Origin: Kiritimatiellia bacterium
GTDB taxonomy: Bacteria; Verrucomicrobiota; Kiritimatiellia; RFP12; UBA1067
Assembly: GCA_017427485.1 (NCBI GenBank)
Contig: JAFRSR010000121.1
Coordinates: 5,656-69,655 of the forward strand
Direction of reading: 5' to 3'
Length of the DNA: 64,000 bases
The position numbers were made by a program, and so were the translations under genes. Under the pieces are notes generated by a model that saw only the letters and a program-made list of their open reading frames with translations, was not told where the DNA came from and did not search any database. Positions 48,236 through 57,913 of the stretch are shown here, one piece after another. The first letter of the stretch is position 1. Each line of letters starts with the position of its first letter.

Positions 48236-50731
48236 ATGAAAAAAGAGTCGATCCTTGCAACGGCCTTCGCGGCCGGAATCGTCGCGGCTGCGGCCGCATC
48301 GGAGACGCTGTCGCTGAACGGCGCGTGGAAGCTGGAGACGTTCGCCCAGCCGGACGACGGCGCGGTGCGTTCGCTGCCGCTGCCGACGGGGCTGGCGGTG
48401 AAAAGCTACCAGGCCACCGTGCCGGGGTGCTGCGAGATGGAGCTCGTGAAGGCTGGCGAGATGCCCGATCCGATGTTCTCCACGAACGCTCTCGCGTTCA
48501 CGACGCTGGAGGGCAACCAGTGGCTCTACACGAAGACGTTCCGCTGTCCGGCGCGCGAGCCGGGCGAACGGGCGGTGCTCGCCTTCGACGGCATCGACAC
48601 GCTCGCGGACGTGTTCCTCAACGGGGAGAAGATCGGCGAGGCCGACAACATGCTCATCCCGCACGCGTTCGACGTGACGGACCGGATCCGGGTCGGCGCG
48701 GAGAACACGGTGCAGGTGCTGATCCGTCCCGTGGGCCTCGCCTCCGGCGTGGAGCGGATCGGCGAACTCGGCTACACGATGAGCGGCGGCGCGGACCACG
48801 AGCGCATCCGCAAGGCGCCGTACATGTACGGGTGGGACACGATGCCGCACATGCCGTTCAGCGGCATCTGGCGCGACGTGCGGCTGGAGGTGCGTCCGGC
48901 GGTGCGCATCGAGGATCCCGCCTGGATCGTACGCGACCTCAACGTCAAAACGCGCTGGGCGAACGTCCTCGCGCGCGCCCGCATTCCAGCGCCGTTCCGG
49001 CACTTCTACAAGGCGCGCGTGCGCTGCACGCTCTCGCGCGGCGGCAAGGTCGTGGCCGCGAACACGCGTCCCTACCGCGGGCCGCACGTCAGCGTGTTTC
49101 TCTCGCTCTCCAACGTCGAGCTCTGGTGGCCGCGGGGCGCGGGCGAGCAGCCGCTCTACGAGGCGGCGATCGAGGTCGTCGGGGAGGACGGGTCGGTCCT
49201 CGCGCGCGACGCGCGCAAGATCGGCATCCGCACGATCGCCCTCGAGTACGACGACCGCAAGCTGCCGGAACGTCCGGGCCGGTTCCTCTTCAAGGTGAAC
49301 GGCGAGCCGATCTACGTCCGCGGCGTGGACTGGATCCCGCTCGACCCGATCCCCTCCCGCCAGGCGGCGCAGCTCGCGTGGACGCTGCCGATGATGGCCG
49401 ACCTCAACTGCAACCTCGTGCGCGTGTGGGGCGGCGGCGTGTACGAGCCGGAAGAATTCTTCGACTGGTGCGACGCGAACGGCGTGCTGGTGTGGCAGGA
49501 CTTCATGATGGCCTGCACGATGCCGCCGATGGACGACGCCTTCGCCGAGGCGATGAAGAAGGAGGTGCTGTCCGTCGTGCTGCGCCTCCGGAACCACGCC
49601 TCGCTCGCGCTCTGGGCCGGCGACAACGAGAACGACCAGGCGGGCGGCTGGAGCCTCGGCAAGGGGCTCATGCGCGACCCGAACAAGAACCGCATCACGC
49701 GCGAGGTGATTCCCGCCGTCCTGCACGAGTACGACGTCACGCGCCCCTACCTGCCCAGCTCGCCCTACGTGAGCGAGGCGGCGTTCCGCGGCGAGACCGA
49801 GCCGTGCGAGGACCACCTGTGGGGAGGGCCCCGCGCGTGGTGGAAGACGCCCTACTACACGAACAACGCCTGCTGGTTCTGCAGCGAGGGCGGCGCGCAC
49901 GCGCTGCCCGCCCGCTCCACGATCGAGAAGATGATGCCGGCCGCGGACGTGGCGCGCATCTGGTCGAACCCCGACGCGAAGGAGTGGAAGAAGCTCGACT
50001 GGATGCCGCAGTGGCGCTACCGGGCCACCTGCCCCTACCTGGAGCCGAACGTCTACCCGTGGTTCCGCAACGACCTCATCCTGAAGCAGACGTCCGCCCT
50101 GTTCGGCGACGTGCCGCGCCATGACCTCGACCTCTTCATCGCCCAGTCGCAGAGCGCGCAGGCGGAGGCCATCAAGTTCCAGGTGGAGCTCTTCCGCTCG
50201 CAGAAGTTCACGAAGAAGGGCGGGTTCGTGGTGTGGAACCTGCGCGACGGCTGGCCGACGATCTCCGACGCCGTCTGCGACTCCTTTGGCACGAAGAAGA
50301 AATCCTATTTCGCCCTCAAGACCGCCTACCGCGACGTGCTGCCCATCGTGACCGAAGACCGGCGGCTCGTGGTCGTGAACGACCTCCTCGCGCCCGTGAA
50401 GGGACATGTGAAGTTGACGGAGGCGGCGACGGGCAAGGTCGTGCTGGAGCGCGACTACGAGGCGGCGTCCAACGCCGTGACCGACCTCGCGCCCGTCGCG
50501 TGGGACGGCCAGGGCCTCTTCATCATCGATTATACGGTGCAAGGCACGGCGGGTCGGGACGCCCCGCCCTACCAACACGACGGTAGGGCGCGGCCTCCGG
50601 ACGCGCCGCCCAGCCAACGCGACGGTAGGGCGCGGCCTCCGGACGCGCCGCAAACGTTCCGCACGCACTACCTCCACGGCGAACCGCCGTTCAAGTGGTT
50701 GGACTACTCGGAATGGACCAAGGGGCTCTGA
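48236..50731 (+). CDS. Glycoside hydrolase family 2 (beta-mannosidase-like)
   Basis: FDGIDT.A.V.LNG, RKA.Y.YGWD, GIWRDV, RVWGGGVYE, VWQDFM, RLRNHASLALWAGDNE, SEGG. Confidence 0.9.
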   Translation: MKKESILATAFAAGIVAAAAASETLSLNGAWKLETFAQPDDGAVRSLPLPTGLAVKSYQATVPGCCEMELVKAGEMPDPMFSTNALAFTTLEGNQWLYTKTFRCPAREPGERAVLAFDGIDTLADVFLNGEKIGEADNMLIPHAFDVTDRIRVGAENTVQVLIRPVGLASGVERIGELGYTMSGGADHERIRKAPYMYGWDTMPHMPFSGIWRDVRLEVRPAVRIEDPAWIVRDLNVKTRWANVLARARIPAPFRHFYKARVRCTLSRGGKVVAANTRPYRGPHVSVFLSLSNVELWWPRGAGEQPLYEAAIEVVGEDGSVLARDARKIGIRTIALEYDDRKLPERPGRFLFKVNGEPIYVRGVDWIPLDPIPSRQAAQLAWTLPMMADLNCNLVRVWGGGVYEPEEFFDWCDANGVLVWQDFMMACTMPPMDDAFAEAMKKEVLSVVLRLRNHASLALWAGDNENDQAGGWSLGKGLMRDPNKNRITREVIPAVLHEYDVTRPYLPSSPYVSEAAFRGETEPCEDHLWGGPRAWWKTPYYTNNACWFCSEGGAHALPARSTIEKMMPAADVARIWSNPDAKEWKKLDWMPQWRYRATCPYLEPNVYPWFRNDLILKQTSALFGDVPRHDLDLFIAQSQSAQAEAIKFQVELFRSQKFTKKGGFVVWNLRDGWPTISDAVCDSFGTKKKSYFALKTAYRDVLPIVTEDRRLVVVNDLLAPVKGHVKLTEAATGKVVLERDYEAASNAVTDLAPVAWDGQGLFIIDYTVQGTAGRDAPPYQHDGRARPPDAPPSQRDGRARPPDAPQTFRTHYLHGEPPFKWLDYSEWTKGL
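50548..50651. repeat. In-frame GTAG REP array inside the GH2 gene
   Basis: One reverse unit (...gccctacc) plus two forward units ggtagggcgcggcctccggacgcgccgc. Confidence 0.85.
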
Positions 50732-50732
50732 C

Positions 50733-52508
50733 ATGAGCAACGCGATCAAGGCGGTCGTCTGCGACTTCGACGGCACGTTCTCCACCTTGCGCTGCGGGTG
50801 GGAGGCCGTGATGAAGCGCATGATGCTGAAGTACCTGCCCGACGAGGCGTGGATCGACGAGTTCATCGGCGAGACGACGGGCGTGCAGACCATCCTTCAG
50901 ATGAAGGGTTTTCTGGGGGAGTTGAAGCGGCGGGTCGAGACGCCCCGCCCTACCGACGCGACGGTAGGGCGCGGCCTCCGGACGCGCCGCCCTGTCATCC
51001 CTTCCGACGATCCGTGGTTCTACAAGAACGAGTACAACGCGATGCTGATGGAATCAGTCGCCGTGAAGCGCGACGAGGTTCTGTCGGGCAAGGTGCCGGC
51101 GGTGACCTACCACGTGCCGGGCGCGATCCTCTTCCTCCAGGCGCTGAAGACGCGCGGCGTGAAGATCTACTTCGCGAGCGGTACGGACGAGGCGGACGTG
51201 CAGGCCGAGGCCGCGGCGCTCGGGTTCGCCGGGTTCGCGGATGGCATCGCGGGCGCGCTGCCGCAGAGCGAGGCCTGCGCAAAGGAGGCGGCGCTGAAGC
51301 GCCTCGTGGAGCAGGCGGGTGTGGCGCCGGACGAGCTGGCGGTCGTCGGCGACGGCAAGGTGGAGATCGCGCTCGGCAAGGCGCTTGGCGCGCGCACGCT
51401 CGGCGTCGCCACCAATGAAACGGACTTCTCGATTCTCAACGCCGCCAAGAAGGCGCGGCTCGAAAAGGCAGGCGCGGACATGATCGTGGGCGACTTCCGC
51501 GACCTGCGCCCCATCCTCGATTTCCTTGGACTGGGCGCGAATCCCTCGTTCGCGTTCGACAAGATCAAGACGTACGACGCGCACGATCGCACGAACCTCG
51601 TGACGATCGAGTCGATGTTCCGTCCGGGCGTCGATCCCGTGCCGGAGTGGACGGACGACGGCTTCGACGAGCTGGTGGACCGCGTGGTGGCTGCGCGGAA
51701 GAACGGCCGCCCGGTCGTGTTCTCCATGGGCGCGCACGTGATCAAGAACAACATGTCGCTCTATCTCATCGACTTGATGGAGAAGGGGATCATTACGCAC
51801 ATCGCGGGAAATGGCGCGTGCTCAATCCACGACTTCGAGCTCGCCTACCTGGGCGGCACCTCCGAGGACGTGCCCACGGCCATCGAGGACGGCTCGTTCG
51901 GCATGTGGGAGCAGACGGGCCGATGGATGAACGAGGCGATCCAGCAGGGCGCGGCGGCGGGCTACGGCTACGGCGAGTCGCTCGCGCGCTACATCGACGC
52001 GCACCGGGAGCGCTTCCCGTACCGCGAGCAGTGCGTGCTCTACAAGGCGTGGACCTTCGGCATCCCGGCCACCTACCACATCGCGCTCGGCACGGACATC
52101 ATCCACCAGCATCCGATCGTCGATTTCGGCGCGATCGGCGTCGCCTCGGGACGCGACTTTCACACGATGTGCAACGCAATCTCGCAGCTCGACGGCGGCG
52201 CGTTCCTTAACTTCGGATCGGCCGTGATCGGCCCGGAGGTATTCCTGAAGGCGCTCTCCATCAGCCGCAATCTCGGCCATCCGACGTTCAAGATCACGAC
52301 GGCGGACTTCGACCTCAAGCCGCTCGGCGACTACCGCTGCAAGATCGGCTACGAGGACCCGAACTACTACTATCGCCCGCGGAAGAACATCGTCAACCGC
52401 CCCGTCTCCTGCGGCGGCAAGGGCTGGCACTTCGTCGGCGACCACAAGGAGACGATTGCAAATCTCTGGAAGAGATTGACCGATTTGCCGATGGCGGCAC
52501 GGAGGTAA
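50733..52508 (+). CDS. HAD-family hydrolase fused to a deoxyhypusine-synthase-like domain
   Basis: N-terminal DFDGT, ASGT, VGDG..E motifs. C-terminal MGAHVIK, NGA..IHDFE, GTDIIH.HP, GSAV.GPEVFLKA, G.H. Confidence 0.7.
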   Translation: MSNAIKAVVCDFDGTFSTLRCGWEAVMKRMMLKYLPDEAWIDEFIGETTGVQTILQMKGFLGELKRRVETPRPTDATVGRGLRTRRPVIPSDDPWFYKNEYNAMLMESVAVKRDEVLSGKVPAVTYHVPGAILFLQALKTRGVKIYFASGTDEADVQAEAAALGFAGFADGIAGALPQSEACAKEAALKRLVEQAGVAPDELAVVGDGKVEIALGKALGARTLGVATNETDFSILNAAKKARLEKAGADMIVGDFRDLRPILDFLGLGANPSFAFDKIKTYDAHDRTNLVTIESMFRPGVDPVPEWTDDGFDELVDRVVAARKNGRPVVFSMGAHVIKNNMSLYLIDLMEKGIITHIAGNGACSIHDFELAYLGGTSEDVPTAIEDGSFGMWEQTGRWMNEAIQQGAAAGYGYGESLARYIDAHRERFPYREQCVLYKAWTFGIPATYHIALGTDIIHQHPIVDFGAIGVASGRDFHTMCNAISQLDGGAFLNFGSAVIGPEVFLKALSISRNLGHPTFKITTADFDLKPLGDYRCKIGYEDPNYYYRPRKNIVNRPVSCGGKGWHFVGDHKETIANLWKRLTDLPMAARR

Positions 52509-53169
52509 CGGAGTCCACGGAGACACGGAGATTGATTTGGAGTTTTGCTCCGCACGCCCCATCAAAAATCCTCTCACAAGGATATTGGCACAATGGCTAC
52601 GATAGACTACGGCGGACCAGACAGTGAGTTGACTGGCAAGATAATCGGTTGTGCCATAGAGGTACATCGCCACTTCGGATGTGGACTTAAGGAGGAGGCT
52701 TATGAAATTGCGCTTTGCTGGGAACTTCGCCAGTTGGACTTGAAAGTGGAACGTCAGAAAGCCTGTCCTGTAATCTACAAGGGGATGGATCTTTCACAAG
52801 AGAACGAGCGCCCGCGTAGGATCGACATCCTTGTAGAAGACAGGATTGTCGTGGAGTGCAAGGCATTGCCATCAAATGACTATGTTTTCAAGGCGCAATG
52901 CCTTACTTATTTGAAGATGTTGAACCTTCGTGTCGGACTTGTGCTGAATTTCGGACTTCCCACGCTCAAGGCCGGTATCCAGCATGTCATAAACGAAACT
53001 AAGGAAGAGTATCTCAGTCGTTTGAGAAAGGAGCAGCCAGTAATATACCGTGCTGTTATTGAGGAAGAAAGTCAGACGCTATCACAAATCGGAGAGGAGT
53101 GCATTGAGATGCGCGCAAGCATATCTCCAAAATGACCTCCGTGTCTCCGTGCGCTCCGGTTCCTCCGTG
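52498..53169. mobile_element. GxxExxY cassette bounded by 33-bp inverted repeats
   Basis: 52498-52530 and 53137-53169 are inverted repeats (29/33) built from cacggag units. The interior is visibly more AT-rich than the flanks. Confidence 0.55.
52593..53135 (+). CDS. GxxExxY protein (PD-(D/E)XK nuclease superfamily)
   Basis: IIGCAIEVHR..GCGLKEEAYE, RIDILVED.IVVECK, AQ.LTYLK, GLVLNFG. Confidence 0.92.
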   Translation: MATIDYGGPDSELTGKIIGCAIEVHRHFGCGLKEEAYEIALCWELRQLDLKVERQKACPVIYKGMDLSQENERPRRIDILVEDRIVVECKALPSNDYVFKAQCLTYLKMLNLRVGLVLNFGLPTLKAGIQHVINETKEEYLSRLRKEQPVIYRAVIEEESQTLSQIGEECIEMRASISPK

Positions 53170-53234
53170 TTGGCGCCGCAGGCCATGACATCAGAACAAG
53201 TTAACGCATTAAAAGAAGTTAAGGAGAATCAAGC

Positions 53235-54239
53235 ATGAAACACAACCTGGAGAAACTCGGCAAGGGGCGGATCGGCGTGATCGGCGACTTCTGCCTCGAC
53301 GTGTACTGGCATGCGGACATGACGAAGAGCGAGCTCTCGCGCGAGACGCCGCACTTCCCGCTGCCGATCGTGCAGGAGCGCCTTTCGCCCGGCGGCGCGG
53401 GCAACGTGGCGATGAACGTGCTCGCGCTGGAGCCGAAGAAGGTGTACGCCCTCGGCGTGTTCGGCGACGACTGGCGCGGACTCGCGCTGAAGGGACTGCT
53501 GGAACGGGCCGGCGCCGACGTCTCGGGCGTCGTGCCCGACCGCGCGCGCGTGACGAATACCTACATCAAGCCGCTCCGCAAGGGGTATGCCGAGAACGTG
53601 GTGTACGAGGATCCGCGCCTTGACTTCACGAACTACGAGCCGCTTGCCGCCGCCACGGAGAAGAAACTCTTGGCGCTCCTCGATAAGGTGGCGAAGAAGA
53701 TCGACGTGCTCTGCGTCTGCGACCAGATGCCGTTCGGCTGCATCACCGAGGCGGTGCGCGACCGGATTTGCGAGCTGGGCGAGGCCGGGCTGCGGGTGAT
53801 CGTGGACAGCCGTGACCGGATCGGGCTCTATTCGAACGCAATCGTGAAGCCCAACGAGATCGAGGCGTCGCGCGTGTTCAAGGGGAAGGTCAAACCGACC
53901 GACTTCGAAAAGCTTGCGAAGCTGCTGGAGGTCCGCACGGGCCGTCCGGCGATCGTGACGGCGGGCGAGAAGGGGTGCTACGTCTCGGAGAAAGGGTGCG
54001 TGACGCACGTGCCCGCGTGCAAGGTGACGGGCGAGATCGACTTCTGCGGCGCGGGCGATACGTTCCTATCCTGCCTCGCGTGCGCGACGGCGGCCGGTTT
54101 TCCGCTCGTCGACGCGGCGACGCTCGCCTGCGCGGCCTCGGCCGTGACGATCAAGAAGCTGCGGACGACCGGCACGGCGTCCCGCGCCGAACTCTTTGCG
54201 CAGTTGCATGAGCGGTACGCGGACAGTGAAATGCAGTAG
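53235..54239 (+). CDS. PfkB-family sugar kinase, RfaE/HldE kinase-domain-like
   Basis: VIGDFCLDVY, PGGAGNVA.N, VDSR, KPNE.E, VTAGEKG, D.CGAGDTF. Confidence 0.85.
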   Translation: MKHNLEKLGKGRIGVIGDFCLDVYWHADMTKSELSRETPHFPLPIVQERLSPGGAGNVAMNVLALEPKKVYALGVFGDDWRGLALKGLLERAGADVSGVVPDRARVTNTYIKPLRKGYAENVVYEDPRLDFTNYEPLAAATEKKLLALLDKVAKKIDVLCVCDQMPFGCITEAVRDRICELGEAGLRVIVDSRDRIGLYSNAIVKPNEIEASRVFKGKVKPTDFEKLAKLLEVRTGRPAIVTAGEKGCYVSEKGCVTHVPACKVTGEIDFCGAGDTFLSCLACATAAGFPLVDAATLACAASAVTIKKLRTTGTASRAELFAQLHERYADSEMQ

Positions 54240-54333
54240 CGTTTTGGGCCGCATTTCCCGTGTACATCCTTTCCGCGTTGTGCTATACTATCCCGCAATT
54301 CCGCCTCAGCGGAGAAAAAAGGAGTAAAGAAAG

Positions 54334-55446
54334 ATGGACATCAATTTCGGCGGCGTCGTCGAGAAAATCGTAACGCGCAAGGAATTCCCGCTCAAGAAGG
54401 CCCAGAAGGTCCTCAAGGGCAAGACGATCGCGGTGCTTGGCTATGGCATCCAGGGGCCGGGCCAGGCGCTCAACATGCGGGACAACGGCATCAATGTGAT
54501 CGTCGGCCAGCGCAAGTCCACGAAGCCCAATTCGAGCTGGAAGCGCGCGATCAAGGACGGCTGGGTGCCGGGCAAGACGCTCTTCTCCCTTGAAGAGGCC
54601 GCCGAGAAGGGCGACGTGATCATGATGCTCACGTCGGACGCCTCGCAGCCCACGATCTGGAAGGCGATCGAGAAGTACGTCACGCCCGGCAAGGCGCTCT
54701 ACTTCTCGCACGGCTTCGGCTACGTCTACAACAAGCTCACGGGCATCAAGCCGCAGAAGGGCGTGATGCTCGTCATGGTGGCCCCGAAGGGCTCGGGCAC
54801 GTCCGTGCGCCGCAACTTCCTCTCCGGCGCGGGCATCAACAGCTCCTACGCCTACGAGCCGAACGGCGCGGACGAGGCGAAGACGCGCGAGCTCACGATC
54901 GCGATCGGCATCGCGGTCGGCTCCGGCTACCTCTTCCCCACCACCTTCGAGCGCGAGGTCACGAGCGACCTCGTGGGCGAGCGCGGCATCCTCATGGGCG
55001 CGCTCTGCGGCGTGATGGAGGCGCAGTTCTACACCCTCCGCGCGAACGGCCACAGCCCGAGCGAGGCGTTCAACGAGACGTGCGAGGAACTCACGCAGAG
55101 CCTCATCCGCCTCGTGGACGAGAACGGCATGGACTGGATGTACTCCAACTGCTCGCAGACGGCGCAGCACGGCGCGCTCAAGTGGCGCCCGATCTTCCGC
55201 AAGGCCGTGGAGCCCGTATTCAAGAAGCTCTACGCGAGCGTGAAGACGATGAAGGAGGCGAAGGAAGTCATCCGCGACACGGGCCGTCCCGACTACAAGG
55301 AGTTCATGGCGGCCAAGCTGCAGGACATGCACGACGGCGAGATGTGGCAGGCCGGCGCGGCCGTGCGCTCGCTGCGTCCGCACGAGAAGGCCAAGGCCAA
55401 CGCCGCGACGGCGGCGGGCGTCCGCGGCCGCAAGATCGTGAAGTAA
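54334..55446 (+). CDS. ilvC: Ketol-acid reductoisomerase
   Basis: IAVLGYGIQGPGQALN, FSHGF, VAPKGSG, SDLVGERG.LMG, SEAFNET.EE, CS.TAQHG. Confidence 0.95.
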   Translation: MDINFGGVVEKIVTRKEFPLKKAQKVLKGKTIAVLGYGIQGPGQALNMRDNGINVIVGQRKSTKPNSSWKRAIKDGWVPGKTLFSLEEAAEKGDVIMMLTSDASQPTIWKAIEKYVTPGKALYFSHGFGYVYNKLTGIKPQKGVMLVMVAPKGSGTSVRRNFLSGAGINSSYAYEPNGADEAKTRELTIAIGIAVGSGYLFPTTFEREVTSDLVGERGILMGALCGVMEAQFYTLRANGHSPSEAFNETCEELTQSLIRLVDENGMDWMYSNCSQTAQHGALKWRPIFRKAVEPVFKKLYASVKTMKEAKEVIRDTGRPDYKEFMAAKLQDMHDGEMWQAGAAVRSLRPHEKAKANAATAAGVRGRKIVK

Positions 55447-55456
55447 GGGACTTCGC

Positions 55457-57139
55457 ATGACCTCGGCCGAAATCGAGGCCCGGGCCCGCGCGGTGCCGCC
55501 GGAGGAACGTCCGGTGCCCACCGCGCGGCTTTCGTCTCTCGGGGCGTTTCTCGGCATCTACGGGGGCGAGCACATCGCCGCCACCGAGTTCGTGATCGGC
55601 GCGCTCCTCGTGACGTGGGGCGTGCGGGCCTCGGAGCTCCTACTCGGTCTCGTCGTCGGCAACTTCCTCGCCACGCTCATGTACGCGGTCGTGTGCGCGC
55701 CGATCGCGGTGGACACGCGCCTCTCGCTCTTCGCCTACCTGCGCAAGGCGACGGGACCGTGGTTCCAGAAGGCGTACAGCGCGGCGTGGGGCCTCACCTC
55801 GATCTGCTACGCGGCCACGATGACGGCGATCGCCGTGTCGTCCCTGCGCGAGGCGTGCGGTTTCCCGATCCAGCTGCACTGGTATCCCACGAGCGCGGGG
55901 TGCGTGGCGCTCACGCTCGCCCTCGCGGCCGTGACGGTGTTCGTGGCGGCATACGGTTTCCGCGGCGTCGCGCGTTTCTCGGCCATCTGCGCGCCGTGGA
56001 TGATCACCTGCTTTTTCTGCGGCGCCTGCGTGGCGTTGCCGATGCTCACCGGCGCGACGGGATTCGGGAGCGTGGACTCTCCCGCCGCGCTCCTGCGCCT
56101 CTTCGAGACGCATATCTTCACGGGAGAGGTCCCCGCCGGTCAGCCGCACCTTTCCTTCTGGCACGTCGCGGCGTTCGCCTGGATGTGCAACTTCGCCTAC
56201 CACGGCGGACTCAACGACATGGCGATCTTCCGCTTCGCGAAGAAGGCCCGCTACGGCTGGGTGGGCTTCTACGGCATGTACGTGGGCCACTTCTTCGCCT
56301 GGACGTGCGCCGGCGTGATGGGCGCCACGGCGGCGCTCCTCCTCAAGACCAACCTCGCGCAGCTCGACTCCGGCGCCGTCACGCGCGTGATCCTTGGCTG
56401 GACGGGCCTCCTGGCCGTCGTCGCCGCGGGCTGGACCACGGCCACGCCGAACATCTACCGCGCCGCGCTCTCGTTCGCGACGTTCTTCCCGAAGGCGACG
56501 CTGCGCCAGCTCTCGTTCGGCGTGGGCGCGGTCATCGCCGTTTCGGCCTGTTTCCCCGCGATGATGCAGGTGGACAAGCTCGTCTCCTACGTCGTGTGGC
56601 TTCTCTCGAGCGTCGGGGCGGTCTGCCTCGTGGAACACTGGATTTTCCCGCGCATCGGCTTCACGCGTTTCTGGTGTCTCTACCGCGGCCTGCGGATCAA
56701 CCCCGCGGCACTCGGCGCGTGGGGCGTGTCGAGCGCGTTCATCATCGCCGCGCTTGCCGGCGGCTGGATGCATCCGTTCTTCCTGTTCCTGCCGTCCTTC
56801 CTGATCGCGGCCGTCGCGTACGTGGCGTTCGCGGCGCTCTGCGGCGCGCGTGCGCCGGTGCCGGCGGACGTGTGGAAGGATGTCAACGCCGTCGAGGCGC
56901 GCGTCGCCGCGCTTGCGGAAGAGGACGCGGCAACAGAAGGCGTTGCCGCGCCGGAGACCGCGCCCGTTCGCAACACGCCGTTGCGTCTTTTCCGCTTTCT
57001 GCCTGTCCTCGTTCTCGCGCTGCTCGCCGGACTGGCCGTTGCCGTGGCCGCTGGCGGATTGTCTGCCGATACTTTCCGAACGCTCGCGCTCGTGCTGACG
57101 GGCGCCTATTTTGCCGTTGCTGCCGTGTTAGCCCGATAG
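55457..57139 (+). CDS. Purine-cytosine permease (NCS1)-like transporter
   Basis: Multi-TM protein; GEHIAATEFVIG, CNFAYH.G..DM..FRFA, AGWTTA.P.IYRA. Confidence 0.75.
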   Translation: MTSAEIEARARAVPPEERPVPTARLSSLGAFLGIYGGEHIAATEFVIGALLVTWGVRASELLLGLVVGNFLATLMYAVVCAPIAVDTRLSLFAYLRKATGPWFQKAYSAAWGLTSICYAATMTAIAVSSLREACGFPIQLHWYPTSAGCVALTLALAAVTVFVAAYGFRGVARFSAICAPWMITCFFCGACVALPMLTGATGFGSVDSPAALLRLFETHIFTGEVPAGQPHLSFWHVAAFAWMCNFAYHGGLNDMAIFRFAKKARYGWVGFYGMYVGHFFAWTCAGVMGATAALLLKTNLAQLDSGAVTRVILGWTGLLAVVAAGWTTATPNIYRAALSFATFFPKATLRQLSFGVGAVIAVSACFPAMMQVDKLVSYVVWLLSSVGAVCLVEHWIFPRIGFTRFWCLYRGLRINPAALGAWGVSSAFIIAALAGGWMHPFFLFLPSFLIAAVAYVAFAALCGARAPVPADVWKDVNAVEARVAALAEEDAATEGVAAPETAPVRNTPLRLFRFLPVLVLALLAGLAVAVAAGGLSADTFRTLALVLTGAYFAVAAVLAR

Positions 57140-57144
57140 GGGTA

Positions 57145-57194
57145 GTGGGGCTTGGTGGGGAGCTGTGTGGGGCCTGGTGGGGCGCTGTGTGGGG
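57145..57194 (+). promoter_or_regulatory. GTGGGG repeat array, probable MraZ-binding boxes
   Basis: GTGGGG at 57145, 57155, 57167, 57177 and 57189, upstream of mraZ. One more copy next to TTGACA (57378). Confidence 0.55.
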
Positions 57195-57417
57195 CCTAGC
57201 GGGGGGCGCGCGGAGCCTGAAGGCCCTTTGGGGCGCTTGATCTCAATGTGGTGCTGAACCCCTCGCGCAGAGGCCGTGAAGTGCGTTTTGCCCTTTATTT
57301 TCAAGGGTTTCCTTGATTTTCATTTACATGGAGGAATGGGGCGCCTAAAAATTTTTTCAATTTTTCAATTTTTCGGTTTGACATTCGGTGGGGAAAAGTG
57401 TTTACTAGTGTCCAGCG

Positions 57418-57900
57418 ATGTCAATAAAAGGTAGACAGAGTGTCGAAGAGACGAGAGAGGTGGCCACCGGCTTGCTGGTGAACACCTACGAACGTCCTCT
57501 TGACCCGAAGAAGCGCCTTACGGTTCCTAGCGTCTGGCGCCATGCTTTGGGTTCCGACTACGTCTACGTCATGAAGGAGGAGGGGAAACCCTGTCTCCAG
57601 CTCATCCCGAAAGGGGTGTTTGAGTCGCGTATGGCGGGCATCCAGGAGGAGGCCCTGTCAGACGACGATCTCAATGACGTACTCGAAAGGGTCGGCGAAG
57701 ACTCGGAGCTCCTTGAGTTTGACGTGCAGGGGCGCATCCGCATCAGTGACCGGCTGCTTGCGTATGCGAACCTGAAGGGTCCCGTCGTCATGAAGGGTGC
57801 GGTTCGGATGGCCCGTCTTTGGGCTCCCGAAAACGTACCCGAACGGACGCCGGAGGAGTCGGAGAACCTGCGGGCCGCCAGGAAGCGGCTGCGTTTCTGA
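57418..57900 (+). CDS. mraZ: Transcriptional regulator MraZ
   Basis: LDPKKRLTVPS..R and DVQGRIRI repeats; first gene of the dcw cluster. Confidence 0.9.
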   Translation: MSIKGRQSVEETREVATGLLVNTYERPLDPKKRLTVPSVWRHALGSDYVYVMKEEGKPCLQLIPKGVFESRMAGIQEEALSDDDLNDVLERVGEDSELLEFDVQGRIRISDRLLAYANLKGPVVMKGAVRMARLWAPENVPERTPEESENLRAARKRLRF

Positions 57901-57913
57901 GGAGGAAGGGAAC

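Noticed and set aside
48155-50893. Long antisense ORFs (this 912-aa ORF, also 44326-46851, 10255-11886, 59271-60998)
   Set aside because: Shadow frames opposite well-supported genes in high-GC DNA; Arg/Ala-rich with no motifs.
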